Source: Bacillales bacterium UBA6380
GTDB taxonomy: Bacteria > Bacillota_I > Bacilli_A > RFN20 > CAG-826
Assembly (NCBI GenBank): GCA_002438785.1
Contig: DJQS01000011.1
Coordinates: forward strand, 94,888 to 158,887
Length of the DNA: 64,000 nucleotides
Direction: 5' to 3'
The notes beneath the pieces are model-generated. The model did not search any database and was not told the origin of the DNA. It was given only the letters and a program-made list of their open reading frames with translations. This document shows, one piece after another, positions 10,322 through 17,766 of the stretch. Position 1 is the first letter of the stretch; every line of letters begins with the position of its first letter. Position numbers and translations under genes: made by a program.

Positions 10322-10984
10322 TTAATTTATCCTAAAAGTTATATTGATATTATGATTTTGATTATTATTTATTAATTTATATAAATTTAAATAAGAATCA
10401 TTTGTATTTGGTTTTACATCCATATTTTTATATTGAAATACTTCATTTAAATTTAATTCATAACGAAAACCACCTAATGGATATGTTTCATTGATATCGA
10501 TTTGTTTAATATATTTTTTAAAATCATATCCATCATTAGTGTTAGCATTATGATATTTTGAAGTAATACTAATAAAGTTATTTAACGAATCAGTCAAATT
10601 TCCATTATCTATTTCAATGAATAATGAAGTTGATAAATAATCTAAAGAATCGTTTTTATCAATAATTTCATATTCAATAATAATTTCTGGGTCATTAATA
10701 TAAATCTCATCATTTGTTTGAAAATCATCATTGTGTCTATAAAACTCAATACCATCAGTTAAATCATCTATTTTGCCAACTCCTTCACTAAAAACTATTA
10801 AGTTAGGACATTTAATTATCCTTAAATCACCAGTTTTAATCAACTCGCTAACTTTAATCGTCACATCACTTTCTTGGCTTTTAATTTCATTCGAATCAAA
10901 AAACCAGCTAGAAAAACCAAAACCTAATAACGTAAGTAAGGATGTTAATGGAACAAAAATATAAATAACTTTACGAAAAATCAT
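10322..10984 (-). CDS. secreted 220-aa protein with a SipW-type leader (locus 1, protein P2; paralogue of P1)
   Basis: N-terminus ...LLTLLGFGFSSWFFDSNE. Its ATG overlaps the peptidase stop (ATGA at 10981-10984). The C-terminal region aligns with P1 (NE-x-F-x-Y ... KP-x-T-x-D-x-Y). Confidence 0.8.
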   Translation of the reverse strand: MIFRKVIYIFVPLTSLLTLLGFGFSSWFFDSNEIKSQESDVTIKVSELIKTGDLRIIKCPNLIVFSEGVGKIDDLTDGIEFYRHNDDFQTNDEIYINDPEIIIEYEIIDKNDSLDYLSTSLFIEIDNGNLTDSLNNFISITSKYHNANTNDGYDFKKYIKQIDINETYPLGGFRYELNLNEVFQYKNMDVKPNTNDSYLNLYKLINNNQNHNINITFRIN

Positions 10985-11973
10985 TTTAAATCACCAATTA
11001 TTTTCTTATTATCGTAAGTATTAGCAACTTCCTTAAATCTAAGTTTATATTCTTTTTCAATTGAACTTTCAGAAATGTTAAACGCTATTAAGAAAATAAA
11101 GCAACTACTCAAAGCAACTATTCCTGCACTACTTTTTAAATAAGTTATCAAAACACCTAAACCAAAATTATTAAAACCAGTGTATCTACCAATTATATCT
11201 TCATAATGAACAGCAATTTCATATTTTGCACTACTAGTATTAGCATCACCTTGGAAAGTATAATAATTTTTATTTTCTGCACTATTATAATTTATTCTAA
11301 CTAAGCGATGAACGATAATTTCACCTTCATCATTTTTAAAAGCCACAACATCATATAAATTTAATTTTTTTTCATCTATTTTTTGAATAGAAATTAAACT
11401 GAATCTATTTATTTGATTATTTAAATTATTTTCTTTGATATAAGTGTTTTTCTCATTTGCTTCTTCCATTGAACCAGTTTTAATTACAATATAAGTTTTA
11501 TCCCCAATAAAAAATGCATCATTTTGTACTTTAAAACTTATAATAAAACTAAATAGTAAAGTGAAAATAAATAAAAATGTGAAAGAAAAAATGTAAGATA
11601 TTTTCTTTCTTTTTTTATCTTTCATATCTTCAATATTTAAAACTTTTGCTAATCTTCTTTTATCCTTATCTTCAATATCAGGATGATAATATAAATATGT
11701 TTCAACATTTCTTATTTTAGAAATACATTTAATTTCATTATTTGTTGAATTAACTTTATCAGTACTTATATCAAATTTTTCACCTTTAAAAAGATGTTTA
11801 TATTTAATTATCAATTCTTTTAATAATTTTTCATCTTCATGACCATATTTTATATGCTTCTTTTTATATGAAGCATATAAAATAAATAGAATTGTAAAAG
11901 TTATTGCTAAACCAATAATTGTCAATAAAGCAACATAAAAAACTATTTCAATTAATTGATTGTACCCTTCCAT
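10981..11973 (-). CDS. SipW/ER-type (S26B-like) signal peptidase I with an extra N-terminal TM and charged domain (SipW1)
   Basis: Boxes IKTGSME (catalytic Ser), IIVHRLV (His) and TFQGDAN. TM segments flank the catalytic domain on both sides. GAGG lies upstream of the ATG. Confidence 0.7.
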   Translation of the reverse strand: MEGYNQLIEIVFYVALLTIIGLAITFTILFILYASYKKKHIKYGHEDEKLLKELIIKYKHLFKGEKFDISTDKVNSTNNEIKCISKIRNVETYLYYHPDIEDKDKRRLAKVLNIEDMKDKKRKKISYIFSFTFLFIFTLLFSFIISFKVQNDAFFIGDKTYIVIKTGSMEEANEKNTYIKENNLNNQINRFSLISIQKIDEKKLNLYDVVAFKNDEGEIIVHRLVRINYNSAENKNYYTFQGDANTSSAKYEIAVHYEDIIGRYTGFNNFGLGVLITYLKSSAGIVALSSCFIFLIAFNISESSIEKEYKLRFKEVANTYDNKKIIGDLK

Positions 11974-11992
11974 TATTAACCTCTATAAAATA

Positions 11993-12679
11993 TTATTTAG
12001 CCTTGAATTCAAAAGAATATGCAAAATTTATTAAATTTCCACTTAATTTACTTATACCATTACTATAATCATCTTTAGTCTTTGGCTTACTTGTATATAT
12101 AAAACCTTCATTTACTAAAGTTTCTGAATTAGTATCAACATGGAATGTGAATGTTGAAGTAACATCATTAGTATAATCGTTAGTAATTTCTACTGTTTTT
12201 GTAAATGTTCTAACAAAATCACCAGTAGTATTATCTGTTTTAATATTACTACTAGTTACATTTGTATCATTAAATGAATCTTTAAAATTAATATATTTAG
12301 CTAAATCGCTTTTGATTGTAACTATCGCAGTAAATGTTCCAACTAATCCAGCATTATAAACATTTTCGATATTATCTTTAGTTAAAGTATAAGTAGCACC
12401 TATTGTTTTAACATAATCAGTTCCATTTTTAATACTAATACCAGCATCTAAATTCTCTTTGTTTCTATAACCACCTTGATCTAATATCAAATTATATTTA
12501 GTTGTATCATCAGCAGTAATTGTCCCTAGTTGACTAGCTAATGGCTCTACTATAACGCTAATATCTGAGTTAGCCCCAGCAACTGTATCATTACCAAAAT
12601 ACCAAGCACTAAAGCCACTACCAATAATTGCTAATCCACCAACAGTGGATAATAAAGAAATAAATAATTTTCTTTTCAT
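11993..12679 (-). CDS. secreted beta-rich 228-aa protein with a SipW-type leader (locus 1, protein P1; candidate major subunit)
   Basis: N-terminus MKRKLFISLLSTVGGLAIIGSGFSAWYFGND resembles the TasA leader (...GGGTWA|AFND). First gene of the operon, with a GGGGGA RBS. Confidence 0.8.
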   Translation of the reverse strand: MKRKLFISLLSTVGGLAIIGSGFSAWYFGNDTVAGANSDISVIVEPLASQLGTITADDTTKYNLILDQGGYRNKENLDAGISIKNGTDYVKTIGATYTLTKDNIENVYNAGLVGTFTAIVTIKSDLAKYINFKDSFNDTNVTSSNIKTDNTTGDFVRTFTKTVEITNDYTNDVTSTFTFHVDTNSETLVNEGFIYTSKPKTKDDYSNGISKLSGNLINFAYSFEFKAK

Positions 12680-12752
12680 AATTAAATCCCCCTATATAGT
12701 CAATTTATTTTTGCAAAATACATATCATCATTCAATGCTAATCAAATTATTA

Positions 12753-12780
12753 GTAACAAATATTCACAATTGCTTCACAA
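12753..12780. promoter_or_regulatory. three helically phased direct repeats, candidate OmpR-family response-regulator site
   Basis: Plus strand reads GTAACAAATATTCACAATTGCTTCACAA. TAACAA, TTCACAA and TTCACAA start at 12754, 12763 and 12774 (10-11 bp period). This is 75-100 nt upstream of the P1 start. Confidence 0.35.
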
Positions 12781-12937
12781 ATTATAATATTAAAAATTCT
12801 TAAATTTTTTATTAACCAATTACATTTAATTAACTTTTACATAATTATTTGTGCTTAATTTAACATATTATAAAAAAATTTCATACCTTTTATTAAATTA
12901 ATTAAAAAATTATAAGAATATGACTTACATATTATTT

Positions 12938-12956
12938 TTCACAAATAGTTACAAAT
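12938..12956. promoter_or_regulatory. second phased direct repeat of the same motif
   Basis: TTCACAAATAG-TTACAAAT with a one-turn period, 5 nt from the (TA)11 tract. Confidence 0.3.
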
Positions 12957-12961
12957 TATCC

Positions 12962-12983
12962 TATATATATATATATATATATA
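12962..12983. repeat. (TA)11 dinucleotide microsatellite in a divergent intergenic region
   Basis: Eleven uninterrupted TA units counted directly. Confidence 0.95.
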
Positions 12984-13240
12984 AAAGATAAAATTTACTA
13001 ATAAATTGTTTTAATGTCATATATATTATTTAAAGTCAATTTATGTCATCAATTAATAAAAATGAAAGTTTTAAAATAATTTCAAAAATATTTTATTAAT
13101 TAACTATTTATAATATTAAAAAATCAAAAATTAATTCACATTTATAAAATAAAAATATAGCAATTTTTAATTATTTTAATATAGTAGTAAATAAGAATTA
13201 TTATGTAGTAATTTATTTATTCAATTTTTAATGTTAAAAT

Positions 13241-13897
13241 ATGTCCATGAAAAATATATTATTAATAGAAGATGATGAACAAATATTAAAAGCAAATATG
13301 CTTTATTTAAAAGATAAATTTAATGTAACTTCTGCTACTTCAATTAAAGAAGCATTAAATGCTTTAAATGATAAAATTGATTTAATAGTTCTTGATTTAA
13401 TATTACCTGATGGAAATGGTGAAGAAATATTTAGAAAAATTTCTAATTCTATTCCAATTATAATTTTAAGTACGATTGATGATTATTCTTTTGTATGTAA
13501 ATATTTAGAAAATGGGGCCCTAGATTATTTAATTAAGCCTTGTAAGCCTTCAACTCTTTGCGCTCATATTGAAGCACGACTCAAAATAAATAATATTCTA
13601 ATCTATAAAGATATGAAAATTAATTTAAATTCACGTGAAGTAAGTATTAAAAATATTGATCTTCCATTAACAACAAGTGAATTTAATATTCTATTATTTT
13701 TAGCTCAACATGAAGGAGTTTGCTTTACACCAGACAAAATTTATCAAGAAGTTTGGCAACAAGAAACATTAAACCTAAGAACAAGTGTCTCAAGACATAT
13801 TTCTAGTTTAAGAAAAAAAATAAACGATATCTCTGATTTTAAATATATTTTTACTGAATTTGCAAAAGGATATTATTTTATATCAAATGACAACTAA
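13241..13897 (+). CDS. OmpR/PhoB-family response regulator
   Basis: Receiver domain (LLIEDDE, LIVLDLILPDGNG) plus a winged-helix output domain (LTTSEFNILLFL...). The start could be ATG 13247. Confidence 0.88.
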   Translation: MSMKNILLIEDDEQILKANMLYLKDKFNVTSATSIKEALNALNDKIDLIVLDLILPDGNGEEIFRKISNSIPIIILSTIDDYSFVCKYLENGALDYLIKPCKPSTLCAHIEARLKINNILIYKDMKINLNSREVSIKNIDLPLTTSEFNILLFLAQHEGVCFTPDKIYQEVWQQETLNLRTSVSRHISSLRKKINDISDFKYIFTEFAKGYYFISNDN

Positions 13898-15893
13898 TTA
13901 TAAGATTGATAAAATTGAGAAAATAACTTTTATCTCTTTTCTATTTGCTATTGTATTTTCAATATTATTCCCATATTTAATAATGTATAGAAATACATCT
14001 ACTTTTGCATCAAATAGTCATGAAATCGACAAAAATTCTTATGTAAGTTACTCTTTAAATGATTGTGCACCCAATAAATATAATTTAATAAGCAAGGTAA
14101 ATTATGTCGCTAATAGTTTTACTTCGGTTAATAAAAATGATATTGGAGAGATAAAGAACCTAAATGAAAATATCGCTAAATATGGCACAATATATGTCAT
14201 TTTAGATGAATTTAGTTTTGAAAATGAAATAGATTATCAAAATACATATAAAAGTTATGAGCATTATATAAATAAAGTTAATAATATTGAATTTGCTTTA
14301 TTTATTCCTTCTTTTTTTGATGTTTCATATATTTATTTCAATGATTCTTTAATTGAAAGTAATGGTTCTTTTGAAAAATACGATTCTGCTAAAAGAGATT
14401 TTACTAAATGCGAAGGTATTATTAGTTCAAAATCATTTAAGACCTCTATTGTCAAATTCTCAACTCAAATAAATTATGAAAATCAAGATAAAATCAATCA
14501 AAATATTATAACTATTCACTATCGACTTAATGATAAATTAATTATAGGTAATTTTTCTTTTTTATTTGGAAGATATAATTTAATTAGTCATTATAAAATA
14601 TTTATACAAATACAATTGATTGTTGGCTTAATAATAGCATGTATTTCTTTTGCAACATTAATTCCATTTGTGTTTATTATAAAACGTAATAAAAATAACT
14701 ATTTATTAATATCAATTATTACCTTGTTTTTTGTTTACGTATTGAGCTTATTTTTCTTAAAGTATGATTCTTCATTTGTTCCGAATTTATGGATTTACAT
14801 ATGTTTATCGTGCCTATCGATAATGCCTTTTACTTTAAGCTCTTTTCGTTTAAATAAATATAAATTAATTAATTTTTTATTTGTAATAGCTAATTCTATA
14901 TTAATCATTTTAAATTTTATATTTTTATCAATTAATATGGATATTTATAAGATAACAAATTTTATTTTTTTATTAATTTCAGTTTCGGAAATACTTATTA
15001 GTTTATATTTAACTATAAAATCACAAAAAACCATTGATTTTATAGCTATTTATATGAATATATTTATCGTTATTTCCTTTTTTAATTCTCATAACATATA
15101 TTCATTATTATCAATTAATTTTTTATATGTTATTTTATTTGCTACTTTAATATTCCTATTCGTATATTATAATTTAATAATCACTTTATATCGTAATAAA
15201 TTATCTTTAGCTAAAGAAATTAATCTTGATGAAACAATAGATAACTCTAATGATATGCAAAAAATATTAAGAGTTTTGTTTCATGATTTAAAAAATGAAT
15301 TAATTCTAGAAAGAAATTCTTTAGAATTATTAAAAGCAAATTCTACTATTAAAGAAAAATATTCTATAATTAACAATTTATTAGAGCATAATTCTCATCA
15401 ATTAAATTTAATTAAAGAAGGCAGTGAGTATGCTCATAAAACATTTAATCCTATTAAAATAGAAAGTATAAACATTGAAAATCTTATTAATAATATTTAT
15501 AAACAATTATTCGATGATGCTAAAGCTGTAGGTATTAATTTTTATCTAAAGAACATAAGGGAAGGTAATGTTATTAGTAGTCAATTTATTTTAGAAAGTT
15601 CTATAAAAAATATCATTTTCAATGCTATAGAACATAGTAAATGTAAAAATTTAAAAATTAAAACGTCAAAAACAACCTACTCCTATATCATAAAAATCAT
15701 TGACGATGGTGTCGGAATTGAGGATATTAAAAATATTTTTGCTCCTTATAAAAAGAAAGATAAAAATAATGAAGGTTTAGGTTTATATTTAATTAAGTCT
15801 CAATTAAATAATGCCAATGGTCGAATTGAATTAAAAAATACTAAAAGAGGAACAACTTTCAAAATTTTCTTATTAATTGATAATAGTTATTAA
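13887..15893 (+). CDS. sensor histidine kinase with a large extracytoplasmic domain and about 7 TM segments (7TMR-DISM-like architecture)
   Basis: H-box LFHDLKNEL. ATPase boxes DDGVGI and GLGLYL. One N-terminal TM, a ~200-aa external region, then about seven hydrophobic segments. ATG 13887 overlaps the regulator stop by 11 nt. The track start is TTG. Confidence 0.8.
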   Translation: MTTNYKIDKIEKITFISFLFAIVFSILFPYLIMYRNTSTFASNSHEIDKNSYVSYSLNDCAPNKYNLISKVNYVANSFTSVNKNDIGEIKNLNENIAKYGTIYVILDEFSFENEIDYQNTYKSYEHYINKVNNIEFALFIPSFFDVSYIYFNDSLIESNGSFEKYDSAKRDFTKCEGIISSKSFKTSIVKFSTQINYENQDKINQNIITIHYRLNDKLIIGNFSFLFGRYNLISHYKIFIQIQLIVGLIIACISFATLIPFVFIIKRNKNNYLLISIITLFFVYVLSLFFLKYDSSFVPNLWIYICLSCLSIMPFTLSSFRLNKYKLINFLFVIANSILIILNFIFLSINMDIYKITNFIFLLISVSEILISLYLTIKSQKTIDFIAIYMNIFIVISFFNSHNIYSLLSINFLYVILFATLIFLFVYYNLIITLYRNKLSLAKEINLDETIDNSNDMQKILRVLFHDLKNELILERNSLELLKANSTIKEKYSIINNLLEHNSHQLNLIKEGSEYAHKTFNPIKIESINIENLINNIYKQLFDDAKAVGINFYLKNIREGNVISSQFILESSIKNIIFNAIEHSKCKNLKIKTSKTTYSYIIKIIDDGVGIEDIKNIFAPYKKKDKNNEGLGLYLIKSQLNNANGRIELKNTKRGTTFKIFLLIDNSY

Positions 15894-15933
15894 TATTTAA
15901 TAAAAAGTTAAGTTTTGCATAGTTTTTAAAAAA

Positions 15934-15957
15934 ATAGCGACATTTTCTTGTCGCTAT
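15934..15957. terminator. hairpin terminator between the convergent kinase and hydA genes
   Basis: ATAGCGACA-TTTTCT-TGTCGCTAT, a 9-bp stem. A strong T-run follows it on the minus strand, so it fits the hyd operon. The T-run on the plus strand is weaker. Confidence 0.75.
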
Positions 15958-15979
15958 TATCATAGAATACTCTTTGTTT

Positions 15980-17755
15980 TTATTTTAAATCAGGGTATTT
16001 TTCTCGATGTGCATTATAGTGAGTATGTAACAATTTATGTGCTAAAGGCGAACCATATTCTCCTAAATATGATTTATATAGTTTTATAATATCTTTATTT
16101 AAATGAGATCTCCTTATTTCTTTCTTCTTATCTAAATCATATAAAACTTTAGCCCTTTTACTTACATATGTATTTAAGATATCGTCATCTTCATTCTCTA
16201 AAAATACTGGATAAACATAAGGCTGTCCTCCACCATTGATGCAACCTCCTGGACACCCCATTACTTCAATAAAATCATATTTATTTTCATGATTTTTTAT
16301 CTTTTCAAGTAAAATTTTAGCATTTTTCATTCCACTACAAACTGCTATATGGTATTTTGATCCTAAAATAGTTATTTCAGCTTCTTTAATACCCTCAAAT
16401 CCTCTTACTGGCGTAAAATCAATTGGCTCCATTTCTTGATTAGTTAAAATATAATAAGCGGTTCTTATTGCAGCTTCCATTACGCCACCAGTTGCTCCAA
16501 AAATATCAGCTGCACCAGTAGTTTCTCCTATTAAATCATCGTCAAAATTTTCATTAGGAAGTTTATTCCATATAATACCACTTCTTCTAATTAAACTCGC
16601 TAATTCTCTCGTAGTTAAAACTATATCAACATCTTTAATTCCATCAACAGAATTTTCTGGTCTTTCTTTTTCATATTTTTTAGCTGTACAAGGCATAATA
16701 GAAACAACACAAATTTTACTACGATCAATATTTTTTCTTTCTGCATAATAAGACTTTATAATAGCTCCAACCATTTCATGTGGAGATTTGCAAGTTGATA
16801 AGTGACCCAATAATTCTGGGTAATAATATTCAATATAATTTACCCATCCTGGTGAACATGAAGTAATCATCGGCATAGGTTGATGAGTAATTACACGTTG
16901 TACAAATTCGTTTGCTTCTTCTGTAATTGTTAAATCAGCACCAAAATTTGTATCAAAAACCTTGCTAAACCCAAGTCTTTTTAAGGCAGCAACCATTTTT
17001 CCTTCTGAATTGGTACCTATTTTTTCACCAAATTCTTCACCTAAAGCAGCTCTTACTGCAGGGGCAGTTTGAACAACGACAAATTTCCCTTCTTTAAAAG
17101 CTTTATCTAATTTATCTATCTCACTATGTTCCATTAGTGCTCCAGTTGGACAAACTAATGTACATTGTCCACATTGAATACAAGGAACATTATTAAAAGA
17201 TCTATTTTCACTAGGTCCAACAAAAGTATTAAAACCTCTTTTTTCAAATCCCAAAATTCCAATTCCTTGAATTTCCTTACACGCTGATATGCATCTTCCA
17301 CACAAAATGCATTTCGATGTATCTCTAATTAATCCTGGAGCTAAATCATCATATGTAGTTTTAGTCTTTTCCCCTAAATATTTATCTGGTTCTGCACCTA
17401 CTCTTTTAGAAACTTCAAGGAGTTCACATTTCCCATTTTTTCTACATGTTTGACAAGATAATGAATGATTAGAAAGTAATAATTCAACACTTGTTCTTCT
17501 AGCAATTACAGCATCAGGATCACTAATAAAAATTTTTAAACCATCTCTAATAGGATAAGCACATGATGGAACAAGTCTTCTTTCACCTTCTACTTTAACT
17601 AAGCAAACACGACAACTAGCCACCGAACACATTCCATTTTTCCATGTACAAAGATTTGGAATATTATATCCACAAATTTTAGCAGCTTCTAATATAGTTA
17701 AATTATCATCTACTAAATAAGGTTTATTTTCAAAATATACAGTAATTTTTGCCAT
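15980..17755 (-). CDS. hydA: [FeFe] hydrogenase catalytic subunit, multi-cluster HydA type
   Basis: N-terminal 2Fe-2S and 4Fe-4S Cys clusters. H-cluster motifs MPCTAKKYE and EVMGCPGGCINGGGQP are present. The L1 motif reads TSCSPGW. Confidence 0.9.
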   Translation of the reverse strand: MAKITVYFENKPYLVDDNLTILEAAKICGYNIPNLCTWKNGMCSVASCRVCLVKVEGERRLVPSCAYPIRDGLKIFISDPDAVIARRTSVELLLSNHSLSCQTCRKNGKCELLEVSKRVGAEPDKYLGEKTKTTYDDLAPGLIRDTSKCILCGRCISACKEIQGIGILGFEKRGFNTFVGPSENRSFNNVPCIQCGQCTLVCPTGALMEHSEIDKLDKAFKEGKFVVVQTAPAVRAALGEEFGEKIGTNSEGKMVAALKRLGFSKVFDTNFGADLTITEEANEFVQRVITHQPMPMITSCSPGWVNYIEYYYPELLGHLSTCKSPHEMVGAIIKSYYAERKNIDRSKICVVSIMPCTAKKYEKERPENSVDGIKDVDIVLTTRELASLIRRSGIIWNKLPNENFDDDLIGETTGAADIFGATGGVMEAAIRTAYYILTNQEMEPIDFTPVRGFEGIKEAEITILGSKYHIAVCSGMKNAKILLEKIKNHENKYDFIEVMGCPGGCINGGGQPYVYPVFLENEDDDILNTYVSKRAKVLYDLDKKKEIRRSHLNKDIIKLYKSYLGEYGSPLAHKLLHTHYNAHREKYPDLK

Positions 17756-17766
17756 ATTAGTACCTC

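Noticed and set aside
10773-10964. Plus-strand 63-aa ORF inside locus 1
   Set aside because: It is antisense to the 5' end of P2. No RBS is present, and P2 is supported by its leader motif and by translational coupling.
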